Part shown: positions 1 through 8,150 of the stretch, piece after piece
How positions within the stretch are numbered: the first letter of the stretch is position 1
Layout: each line of letters starts with the position of its first letter
The notes under the pieces: model-generated
Seen by the model: only the letters and a program-made list of their open reading frames with translations
Database searches by the model: none
Told to the model about the DNA's origin: nothing
Source: Nitrospirota bacterium
GTDB taxonomy: Bacteria; Nitrospirota; UBA9217
Assembly: GCA_963840455.1 (NCBI GenBank)
Contig: CAWIYV010000007.1
Location: forward strand, 448,001-512,000
Direction: 5' to 3'
DNA: 64,000 bases
Program-made: the position numbers and the translations under genes

Positions 1-1
1 G

Positions 2-814
2 GTCCCTAAGGAGATCACGGCGAATGCCCTGAAGGCCGAAGAGGTCGTCATCGAGGATGAGACAATCCAGGGCATCATCAAGGACTACACGCGCGAGGCC
101 GGCGTCAGGAACTTGGAGCGCGAGATCGCCAACGTCTGCCGCAAGGTGGCGAAAGCGGTTGCCGAAGGCAAACCGGCGCCCATCACGGTGACGGCAAAGG
201 ACCTCCGCGACTATCTCGGCAGGCCGCGGTTCTTCGCCGAGACCTCGGTCATGATCGACCGCCCCGGCGTGGTCACGGGCCTCGCCTGGACGCCCGTAGG
301 CGGCGACATCCTGTTCGTCGAAGCGTCCATGATGCCGGGGAATAAGCAGCTGACCCTGACAGGACAGCTCGGCGACGTGATGAAGGAGTCCGCGCAGGCT
401 GCGCTGTCCTATGTGCGGGCTCATGCCGAGGAGCTTGGGCTCAAGAAGGACTTCTTCGAGAAGACCGACATCCACATCCACGTTCCGGCAGGCGCCATCC
501 CAAAGGATGGTCCTTCAGCGGGGGTGACCATGACCACGGCCCTTGTGTCCCTGCTGACCGGGAGGCGCGTGAAGAGCGATCTTGCTATGACCGGTGAGAT
601 CACGCTCCGGGGCAAGGTGATGCCCATCGGCGGTATAAAGGAAAAGGCTCTGGCCGCGCGGCGTGCAGGGATCAAGACCATCATCCTGCCCGAGCGGAAC
701 ATGAACGACCTCGAGGACATTCCCGAGGACCTGCGGAGAGAGATGACCTTCGTTCCCGTCGAACGGATCGACCAGGTGATCGCCGAGGCGCTGATGGAGA
801 AAGAGGCGTCATAA
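2..814 (+). CDS. lon: Lon protease, C-terminal part (5'-truncated by window)
   Basis: Frame open from base 2 (…DYTREAGVRNLER); GLAWTPVGG, HIHVPAGAIPKDGPSAG (catalytic Ser), PIGGIKEK (catalytic Lys). Confidence 0.97.
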   Translation, partial: VPKEITANALKAEEVVIEDETIQGIIKDYTREAGVRNLEREIANVCRKVAKAVAEGKPAPITVTAKDLRDYLGRPRFFAETSVMIDRPGVVTGLAWTPVGGDILFVEASMMPGNKQLTLTGQLGDVMKESAQAALSYVRAHAEELGLKKDFFEKTDIHIHVPAGAIPKDGPSAGVTMTTALVSLLTGRRVKSDLAMTGEITLRGKVMPIGGIKEKALAARRAGIKTIILPERNMNDLEDIPEDLRREMTFVPVERIDQVIAEALMEKEAS

Positions 815-908
815 CATCCGCTCATCGCAGTGGCCGTCACCACGGATCCAGGAACGAGCAGACAGATACCTATCAAATCCTTCTCAACAACAGAGGAAAA
901 TAATTATT

Positions 909-1006
909 TATCGCGAAGTCGCGAAGAACGCGGGGGAGTAAAGACTCCTTCAAGCTTACAACAATGATTTAAAAAATTTCTTCACGACCGTTGCGCCCTC
1001 GCGGTT
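909..1006. repeat. Degenerate inverted pair of CGCRAAG-type REP-like motifs
   Basis: tatcgcgaagtcgcgaagaacgcg (from 909) versus reverse complement of 980-1006 (aaccgcgagggcgcaacggtcgtgaag); same motif class as 23821/23973. Confidence 0.4.
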
Positions 1007-1098
1007 CCATGCTTTTGGTTCCGCTTTGTCCGGATGAGGAGATATACTGCCTGAGAACCCAAGATCCCTGCAGCGTGCCGCAGGGACCTTCAACGAAC

Positions 1099-1974
1099 AT
1101 GCCAGCGCAATCTACATCCAGAAGGCTGCCCGCCTGGTTTAAGGTGCGACTGTCCACCAACGAACGGTATTCAGCGGTCCGCAGCCTGGTCCGCGAGCGG
1201 GACCTCCGAACGGTCTGCGAGAGCGCAGCGTGCCCGAACCGGAACGAATGCTGGAACGCGGGCACCGCGACCTTTCTGATACTCGGCGATGTGTGCACCC
1301 GCAGGTGCGGTTTCTGCAACATACCCTCGGGTTGTCCGACCGAACCGGACCGCAGCGAGCCCGAACGGATTGGCGGCGCTGTGGCCAGCCTCGGCCTGAC
1401 CTACGCTGTCGTCACTTCGGTGACACGCGATGACCTGCCTGACGGCGGTGCAGGACACTTCGCGGAGACCATCCGGGCCATACGACGAACGATGCCGGAC
1501 TGCAGGACCGAGGTCCTGATACCTGATTTTCAGGGTTCGTCCTCGGCGCTTGACGTCGTGCTTGATGCCTCGCCCGACATGCTGAACCATAACATCGAGA
1601 CCGTCCCTTCACTGTATCCCCGCGTGAGGCCGCAGGCAGATTACGGCAGATCGCTGCGGCTGCTGCGCAGCGCCAAGGACCGGGGCGCTGTAACGAAGTC
1701 GGGGATCATGCTTGGGCTGGGGGAGAGAGTGGAGGAAGTGCAATCGGTGCTGCGCGACCTTCGCGGCGCCGGATGCGAAATCGTGACCATGGGCCAGTAT
1801 CTGCAGCCATCGCGGGAGCATCTTTCCGTGCAGCGCTATTACCGGCCTGAGGAGTTCAGATCGCTCCGGCTCGGTGCCCTGGGCCTCGGGTTTCGCGACG
1901 TGGTCGCAGGACCGCTCGTCAGGAGCTCCTATCATGCCGGGGCGATTCAAGGAACACCGGCAGGCGGCGTTTAA
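1099..1974 (+). CDS. lipA: Lipoyl synthase
   Basis: CESAACPNRNEC auxiliary-cluster motif, CTRRCGFC radical-SAM motif, C-terminal RSSY; ATG at 1099 preferred over the track's 991 start. Confidence 0.96.
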   Translation: MPAQSTSRRLPAWFKVRLSTNERYSAVRSLVRERDLRTVCESAACPNRNECWNAGTATFLILGDVCTRRCGFCNIPSGCPTEPDRSEPERIGGAVASLGLTYAVVTSVTRDDLPDGGAGHFAETIRAIRRTMPDCRTEVLIPDFQGSSSALDVVLDASPDMLNHNIETVPSLYPRVRPQADYGRSLRLLRSAKDRGAVTKSGIMLGLGERVEEVQSVLRDLRGAGCEIVTMGQYLQPSREHLSVQRYYRPEEFRSLRLGALGLGFRDVVAGPLVRSSYHAGAIQGTPAGGV

Positions 1975-2153
1975 CCTTCACCACGATGAATAGTGGGGGA
2001 CAAGGTCGACGTGACAGGAGTACCCAAGGAGATGGCCGGGCAAGATCCTGAATAAGGTCCTTCTCGACAGGACCCGGACTTAATTGGTTTGGCAGTACAT
2101 CATCCGCAAGATCAAGCACAGGCATATTCTCGGACTCGAAAGGTCGTATTCTC

Positions 2154-2993
2154 ATGAGAACATCGGTCATTGTGCCGACCTACAACAGGCCGCGGGCGCT
2201 CAGACTGAGCCTTCTGAGCCTTGCGCAACAGTCCATACTGCCGTCCGAGGTACTGATCGCCGATGACGGTAGCGGCGATGAGACAAAAGCCCTGATCGAG
2301 GAACTTCAAGTACAACTTGAATATGCATTCCCCATAAGGCGCGTCTGGCAGGAAGACATCGGGTTCCGGAAGCCCAGGATCCTGAATGAAACGGTCCGGC
2401 AGGCCACAGGTGATTATCTGATCTTCATTGATGGGGACTGCATGGCGCACAGGGATTTCGTGCGGTCCCATGTTGCCATGAGCTCGCCGGACTCCATTTT
2501 GAGCGGGAAACGGGTCGATATTGGCAAAAAATTGACCGAACAGTTGCTGGAAAAAGGTCATCCCATTGTAACGCTCAGGCCCGTCCTGGTGTGGGACGCC
2601 GTTGCCGGAGGCGAGGTCAAGTCCCGGAAGGTCGAGGAAGCCATACGCATCGAAAACACTCTGATCCGCAAGGCCTTACATCGTGACCGGATAACCGATG
2701 ACGGGGTTTGGGGATGCAATTTCAGCCTTTATAAAGACCTTTTCTACGCGATCAATGGGTGCGATGAGGATTTTCTGGACGGATCCATTGAGGACAATGA
2801 CCTTGGCATACGGGTCCTGAACCAGGGAAAGCGGGTCAGGTCTGTCAGGAACTATGCGGTCATCTTCCACTTATGGCACAAATCGTCATGGAGCTTCGAA
2901 AACGATAAGTATCAGCATAACCTTGCCATCCTGAAGCAACGAATAGCGAATAGGGAACCGAGATGCAGGAATGGGATCAGAAAGATAGTTTAA
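2154..2993 (+). CDS. Glycosyltransferase family 2
   Basis: SVIVPTYNR, ADDGS, FIDGDC, WGCNFS, HLWH motifs. Confidence 0.9.
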   Translation: MRTSVIVPTYNRPRALRLSLLSLAQQSILPSEVLIADDGSGDETKALIEELQVQLEYAFPIRRVWQEDIGFRKPRILNETVRQATGDYLIFIDGDCMAHRDFVRSHVAMSSPDSILSGKRVDIGKKLTEQLLEKGHPIVTLRPVLVWDAVAGGEVKSRKVEEAIRIENTLIRKALHRDRITDDGVWGCNFSLYKDLFYAINGCDEDFLDGSIEDNDLGIRVLNQGKRVRSVRNYAVIFHLWHKSSWSFENDKYQHNLAILKQRIANREPRCRNGIRKIV

Positions 2994-3133
2994 GCAAGGA
3001 AAGAGGACAGGAGGCGGATTATTTAGAGGTATTTGCTAAGGCAATAATATAATTTGACATAATATACATTATCAGACATTTATGCAAAGCTAAATCTTAT
3101 CTCCAATACAGGCCAACCGTATCGTTCTGTTCC

Positions 3134-3973
3134 CTATAGTTTAATGCTCAACATCCCAAGGACCTTGCTCGAGTTGTCATACCCCTGATTCGTTCTGTGG
3201 ATGAACTGGGTGCCGAACGTCAGATTAAAGCGTTCGCTGACCAGGCGCAGTCCATAGGTTACTGCGTTGTAATTCCCATCATCAATGTTGACGAGATCCT
3301 TCCCTGACCTGCGGTTAAATTCAACGAGCATCTGGAGATTGCGGTACTTGCTGATGGGAACCAGGAACCCGGCGTTCAGCAGCGTGTAGCTGTCCCTCAG
3401 CGTCTTGTCGGAAACATCCTGGAGTGCCACCTGGCCGTCGGCATACAGTGCGATGATATGATCCTCCCAGGCGATCTCGCTTCCCAGGGCAAGACCAGCC
3501 CGGCAGCCCCAGTGGTTGACGCTGTTGGTCCCGGCTTCCCGGTCGCCTGTCGGGAATATCCCCGTTGCGATCATGGCGAGGCCGGGGCGATAACGGTTTT
3601 CCGGCTGGGGAAGCACGTTCCACTTGAACGAAAGCTCCGTGTCGTCCATGCCCCGGGACTTGATACCAGGATCTTCATTCCGGTAGACATATTGCGTTTT
3701 CAGCGCGAGTTCCTTGTTCGAAGCGAGGCCGAGGCTGATGGTCAGCGGATAGGATGTCGAAGTATATTTGGGAATAAGGCTGTTCTCCGAGAGCACTGCG
3801 GCCCCGATCTCGAATGTGCGCGGTGGAAGGGTGAGTGGCGATGTCGTGATGAGCAGCCCCGTCAGGCCTGAAATGTTCACCGGGCGGTTGATCAGCTCCA
3901 GCTCTTCGGCGCAGAGGCCGGCAGGTGCCAGGAACGTGAAGAAAAGTAGGGTTATCGCTACATGTCGCATCAC
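3134..3973 (-). CDS. Secreted, probably outer-membrane beta-barrel protein of unknown function
   Basis: Signal peptide; alternating hydrophobic beta-strand pattern; C-terminal strand VLGMLSIKL. Confidence 0.6.
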   Translation of the reverse strand: MMRHVAITLLFFTFLAPAGLCAEELELINRPVNISGLTGLLITTSPLTLPPRTFEIGAAVLSENSLIPKYTSTSYPLTISLGLASNKELALKTQYVYRNEDPGIKSRGMDDTELSFKWNVLPQPENRYRPGLAMIATGIFPTGDREAGTNSVNHWGCRAGLALGSEIAWEDHIIALYADGQVALQDVSDKTLRDSYTLLNAGFLVPISKYRNLQMLVEFNRRSGKDLVNIDDGNYNAVTYGLRLVSERFNLTFGTQFIHRTNQGYDNSSKVLGMLSIKL

Positions 3974-4057
3974 GGGATTGCCATTCTGACGTCCTTTGTG
4001 GAGATTATGCCGTAAACGGTTCTGGCCGGTTGGAACGGCCTATTTTTTTTATGCGTC

Positions 4058-4086
4058 ATCGTACCAACAATGCAATGTTAGGTCAA
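4058..4086 (-). promoter_or_regulatory. sigma70-type promoter for the 3134-3973 gene
   Basis: TTGACC-17 bp-TACGAT with TG extended -10 on the minus strand. Confidence 0.55.
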
Positions 4087-4176
4087 GGGAATAATGCTCC
4101 AGGTAGATGATAAGTCGCTAAATTCATTGAAGTTAATGCAAATACCGGCCCTCGTCTCCCAACAATGAGGTCCTGC

Positions 4177-4205
4177 TTGACAAGAGACCTTTGCGGGATT
4201 ATCGT
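4177..4205 (+). promoter_or_regulatory. sigma70-type promoter for the cytochrome c gene
   Basis: TTGACA (4177-4182)-17 bp-TATCGT (4200-4205). Confidence 0.55.
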
Positions 4206-4249
4206 GTCAACCAATAAGCATCATCCTATAGAAAATGGAGGGAAAATAT

Positions 4250-4597
4250 ATGAAGGTGATATGTGCGGCGATATTGCTCCTGCTTTTCCTGTCCGGCAGT
4301 GCGGTCTTCGCCATGCGGCATGAGGCGACGCCGGACAAAGGCAAGGCGCTGTTCAATGATCCGAAGCTCGGCACAACAGGGAAAACATGCAACGACTGCC
4401 ACAAGGACGGAACCGGGCTGGAGCGGTCCGGGGAGAGGCAGGACCTGGAGAAGATCGTGAACAAGTGCATCACGGCGTCGCTCAAGGGCAAGGCGCTAAA
4501 ACCGAAGTCTGTTGAGATGCAGTCGCTGCTGCTCTATCTGAAGGGCCTGGGCGGGGAGAAAAAACCTGCGGCGAAAAAGGCACCGGTGGGATGTTAG
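4250..4597 (+). CDS. Small periplasmic monoheme c-type cytochrome
   Basis: GGAGG upstream of ATG 4250, signal peptide, single CxxCH (CNDCH), GKALFNDPKLG motif. Confidence 0.8.
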   Translation: MKVICAAILLLLFLSGSAVFAMRHEATPDKGKALFNDPKLGTTGKTCNDCHKDGTGLERSGERQDLEKIVNKCITASLKGKALKPKSVEMQSLLLYLKGLGGEKKPAAKKAPVGC

Positions 4598-4599
4598 AA

Positions 4600-4669
4600 A
4601 AGTAAAGATGTATGATGTATGAAGTAAGTAAGAAGAAAAAAGAGGAAATGGACAGAAGACAGCAGAAAG
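4600..4669. repeat. Degenerate heptamer tandem array
   Basis: aagtaaa gatgtat gatgtat gaagtaa gtaagaa gaaaaaa gaggaaa tggacag aagacag cagaaag. Confidence 0.6.
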
Positions 4670-4678
4670 ATACCTGAA

Positions 4679-4715
4679 ACCCCTTTTCATGATATGCCGC
4701 AAAGGGGTCCTTTTT
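4679..4715 (+). terminator. Putative intrinsic terminator between convergent genes
   Basis: 8-bp stem ACCCCTTT/AAAGGGGT, 14-nt loop, then CCTTTTT. Confidence 0.45.
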
Positions 4716-4786
4716 CAGGACCAGTGCCCTGGCACGAACACTGCGGTCCTGCTCTCCAACTCCTCGTGACGGATCAGAGAGTACAA

Positions 4787-4849
4787 GGAGCATAGAGCAA
4801 AGGGCAAGGAGCAGAGAGCTTAGCTCCATGCACCAGGCACTAGGCGTTC
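4787..4849. repeat. Heptamer array with complementary arm at the wzz 3' end
   Basis: ggagcat agagcaa agggcaa ggagcag agagctt followed by agctcca tgcacca ggcacta ggcgttc. Confidence 0.7.
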
Positions 4850-5565
4850 TTCCCTATCTTCTGCTTATTCAGATATTCGAGAAAGAACGCAAGGAACAGG
4901 GAAACGAACAGGCCGGTGAATCCGGCAAGTACCATGTTCAGGCTGATCTTGGGCCGGAATTTCTTTTCCGCAGGGATCGCCCGGTCCACGACCTGGATGG
5001 TCGTATTGATGGACTTATCCTTCAGGAACTCGGTCAGGGCGAAGACATAGAAATTGGCCATCTCAGCGGCCAGGACCGGGTCCTTCCATTCTATGGTGAT
5101 GGTGACCGCTCCATCCTTGCTCTTCTTGAAATTAGCGACATCATCAAGGACCTTTTTGACCGCGTCCTGCATCAAAGGCGGCTTCTCCGGATCCTTCCAT
5201 GCGTTCCTGCCTGCGTCCCAATCATCCTCATTGAACCGCTTGAGCAGATCAAACTTCCGGATCACCTGTTCCGCAATGGTCCGGCTTTTGAGCACGACCA
5301 TGATCTTGTCCGCAGGCGTCTGGATCCCTGCTACGCCTGTCAATGCTCCGGCCAGCGGCATGTTCGAAAGTGCCGCGGCGAGCCCTCCTGCGTCAGGCCC
5401 TACCGGTATGAGCACAGTCTCGGACCGGAAGTATTTGGGCATCAGGAGGCTGATGACCATGGCCAGAAGGACGGCTACTGAACAGATGGATATCACCATC
5501 TTCTTCCTGCGACAGAGCACGTTCCAGTAGTCTAAAAGATTGATTTCTTCGCTGTGATCGACCAT
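4840..5565 (-). CDS. wzz: Wzz/GumC-family chain-length determinant
   Basis: EEINLLDYW N-terminus, two TM helices, VVDRAIPAEKKFRP motif before the second TM. Confidence 0.85.
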   Translation of the reverse strand: MVDHSEEINLLDYWNVLCRRKKMVISICSVAVLLAMVISLLMPKYFRSETVLIPVGPDAGGLAAALSNMPLAGALTGVAGIQTPADKIMVVLKSRTIAEQVIRKFDLLKRFNEDDWDAGRNAWKDPEKPPLMQDAVKKVLDDVANFKKSKDGAVTITIEWKDPVLAAEMANFYVFALTEFLKDKSINTTIQVVDRAIPAEKKFRPKISLNMVLAGFTGLFVSLFLAFFLEYLNKQKIGKNA

Positions 5566-5666
5566 AATCTTTTTTCCTCAAGCGCGTCTGCGGTGTCAAA
5601 AAGAACATTTCCTATCTCAATGGCCTCTTGCCAAATCGCAAGATCCTGATATCTGAATTTTGCCAT
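5532..5666 (-). pseudogene. Truncated four-helix-bundle (23S rRNA-IVP / bAvd-like) gene
   Basis: Hand-translated 44-aa ORF absent from the track: MAKFRYQDLAIWQEAIEIGNVLFDTADALEEKRL|WSITAKKSIF*. The first ~34 aa match the FxDLxIWQxA N-terminus of the family; similarity ends at the wzz ATG. Confidence 0.72.
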
Positions 5667-5693
5667 TTTACCCTCAGGCCTCTGTCTTGGCAC

Positions 5694-5735
5694 CTGCCCT
5701 CTGCCCTATGCTCCCTGCACTTTGCTTTCTGCTTT
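5694..5735. repeat. Heptamer array (6 units) between the SLBB gene and the four-helix-bundle remnant
   Basis: ctgccct ctgccct atgctcc ctgcact ttgcttt ctgcttt. Confidence 0.8.
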
Positions 5736-5737
5736 AT

Positions 5738-7951
5738 CTAGAAGAGGATCGTGATCGTCGCAATGACCACCGCTGTCTTGAACAGAATATCGACGATATC
5801 CCTTGTATTGCGCATAGTGGCATAGCGCTCCACCTGCTGGGGCATGAACACGGTGTCTCCCGGTTCCAGGTTCTTTTTCAAAATATTCCCGACGCCTGGC
5901 GACTGGCTGCTGACCGCCATGCCGTTCGCCTGGAGCACGTAGAGCTGGTCCTCATTGGCGTAATCGGTCTTGCCACCTGACTGATTGACATAGTCGCTCA
6001 CGGTCAATCCGGGCAGATAGATATGGGCGCTCGGCGAGTGCACCTCGCCGAGGACCATGACCTCCTGCGGCTTCTTGGGGACCAGGATGTCGTCCCCGTC
6101 CTGGAGCAGGAGGTCGTTCTTGGTCCCTGCCCAGGAGCTGATGTCTTGGGTGATGTTGATCGATACGCGGCCTTCGAACTGTTCCTGCAGGGCCTTCATG
6201 CTCGCCAGCAGGCTCTGGTTCATGCTGAATTGAGCCTTGGTAAAGGCCGCCTCCTCGGCGCTGATGGACGTGGCGGCGCCTGTCGCCGCTGACTGCCCGA
6301 TCTGCTGCTGCATCCGGGTGATGAAGAGCTGGAGGTTCCTGCTCTCGGCGGACTTCACGTCCCTTCTCTTGAAGTTCGTGCCATAGGGATAGGCCTCGGC
6401 GGTGAAACCGCCAATGCGCCGGATGAGATCGCTCAGCCGCTCGCCGGATGTGATCTCGTACACGCCCGGGCTCAGCACCTCACCGTCGATCCTCACCTTC
6501 TCCGACTTGCGGAAGGCGCTGTACACATGTATGTAATCCTGCGGCTGGAGGAGGATGTTCTGCGATTGATCCCCTGCATCCAGGGCCTGGAGATTCACCG
6601 CCAGGATCTTCCGGTCCTTGAAGTCCTCGGACAACCGCACGATCTCGGCCCGCTTCAGGTCAGCGGTGGGCCGTAGCCTGCCCAGGGAGATGATATCGCG
6701 GACCCGGAGGCCGGGCGTCCACTGGTAGGGGCCGGGTTGGTCCACCTCTCCTGCAAGGGTCACTGATTCCCATACCTTGTCGTAGATGGGGAAGACCGTG
6801 ACGGTGTCCATGTTCCTGATCGGCTCGCGCAGCTCCGGCACCTGCTTCATAGCTGATATATCGACAGAGGAAAGTTTGATGTCCAGCACGACCTGCTTCG
6901 TGTTGTTCGTGAAGCGGTTGAGCTGCACGCGGTTCCCGAAGGCGATGGGCATGACGCCGCCTGCCAGCTGGAGGACATCGCCGATCGTTTCGGCGCCCTT
7001 CAGCTCGTAGATCGCCGGCCGGTAGACCATGCCCGAGACGCCCGCGATGGGCCCGATAAGCGGGACGAACACCGTGTCCTCGCTCTGGAGTCTCACATCC
7101 TGGCTCCGGTCCCCTCTCAGCAGGAGATCGTAAAGGTCAATGGTCCTGACGACCTTGCCCGCGCGCAGCACCTGGACCGCGCGCAGGGTCCCCTTTTTTG
7201 TGGGGCCCCCTGCCGCAAAGAGCGCTCCATAGACCATTGTGAGGGAAGACAGGGTGTAATTGCCCGGGTTCGCCACCTCGCCGACAACATAGACTGAGAT
7301 GGTCTTGAGATTGCCCATGGCTACGCTCAGGTTGAAGTTGCTGTAGTACTTGGAAAGATGGCGCTTCAGGGTCTTCTCAAGTTCGCCGAACCTGAGCCCT
7401 GCGACAGGGACAACGCCGACCTTCGGAAGCGTGATGTTCCCCTCCCTGGTCACCGTCAAGGTATAAAGACCTTCCGTGGTGCCCCAGAGCGTCAGCGTGA
7501 GCTGATCGCCCGGGCCGATGAGGTAGTCGGGGCCGACCGGCATCGACGCGGTTGGCACAAAAGAAGCGACGGTCTTGTTGAAAAGGTCATAGCCGAACTG
7601 CTGCAGGTCCGAAGGTGTCCGCGTAGGGAAGTGGCCGGACAAGGTCTGCTCGAAGAGCGAGGGAGCGGCTGCGGGTGCCGCTGCCTGCGTCGATGTGGCC
7701 TGTGTGACCAGATCCGGTGATTGAGCCCGGTCCCCCTGCTTCCGTTTGAACTCGAGGTATATCTTTTTCGCCCCGTCGATGTCTCCCTGCTGCAGTGCGC
7801 TGGAGAATTTCTGGGCTGCCTGAGGATCGCTTGACTGCATCTCCTGCACTGCCTTGTTCGCCATATCGGATCCCGGCATTGTTTGCGCCATGACAGGAGC
7901 TGCGGACGCCAGAAGGCACGAGGCGATCAGGAGAGGAAACATTTTTCTCAT
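5738..7951 (-). CDS. Polysaccharide export protein with multiple SLBB domains (Wza/KpsD/OtnA-like)
   Basis: Signal peptide, QFGYDLF and DYLIGPGD (Poly_export), repeated V.GEV..PG.Y SLBB units. Confidence 0.9.
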   Translation of the reverse strand: MRKMFPLLIASCLLASAAPVMAQTMPGSDMANKAVQEMQSSDPQAAQKFSSALQQGDIDGAKKIYLEFKRKQGDRAQSPDLVTQATSTQAAAPAAAPSLFEQTLSGHFPTRTPSDLQQFGYDLFNKTVASFVPTASMPVGPDYLIGPGDQLTLTLWGTTEGLYTLTVTREGNITLPKVGVVPVAGLRFGELEKTLKRHLSKYYSNFNLSVAMGNLKTISVYVVGEVANPGNYTLSSLTMVYGALFAAGGPTKKGTLRAVQVLRAGKVVRTIDLYDLLLRGDRSQDVRLQSEDTVFVPLIGPIAGVSGMVYRPAIYELKGAETIGDVLQLAGGVMPIAFGNRVQLNRFTNNTKQVVLDIKLSSVDISAMKQVPELREPIRNMDTVTVFPIYDKVWESVTLAGEVDQPGPYQWTPGLRVRDIISLGRLRPTADLKRAEIVRLSEDFKDRKILAVNLQALDAGDQSQNILLQPQDYIHVYSAFRKSEKVRIDGEVLSPGVYEITSGERLSDLIRRIGGFTAEAYPYGTNFKRRDVKSAESRNLQLFITRMQQQIGQSAATGAATSISAEEAAFTKAQFSMNQSLLASMKALQEQFEGRVSINITQDISSWAGTKNDLLLQDGDDILVPKKPQEVMVLGEVHSPSAHIYLPGLTVSDYVNQSGGKTDYANEDQLYVLQANGMAVSSQSPGVGNILKKNLEPGDTVFMPQQVERYATMRNTRDIVDILFKTAVVIATITILF

Positions 7952-8032
7952 ATAGCGAAGCTCCTCGGTAGGGGCTGAGAGATCAGGGACGGATCGGGAA
8001 CATGATATGATGGCGAAACGAGAAGCGTGGGA

Positions 8033-8061
8033 AATATATCAGATTGGGGCGGGAAAATCAA
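8033..8061 (-). promoter_or_regulatory. Putative internal sigma70 promoter for SLBB-wzz
   Basis: TTGATT-17 bp-TATATT on the minus strand. Confidence 0.45.
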
Positions 8062-8150
8062 ATTATTTCAGGTTGTTCCGAACCGGATGCCCTCCGGTGA
8101 TCGGGGCCGAAGCTCCACCGCATTGCTGCGAGGAATGCGCGCTCCAGGAT

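Noticed and set aside
1975-2153. Possible gene remnant between lipA and the GT2 (…KILNKVLLDRTRT*LVWQYIIRKIK…)
   Set aside because: Protein-like but too short and motif-free to support.
5532-5666. Diversity-generating retroelement, because bAvd shares the four-helix fold
   Set aside because: No reverse transcriptase and no TR/VR repeat pair seen in the window.
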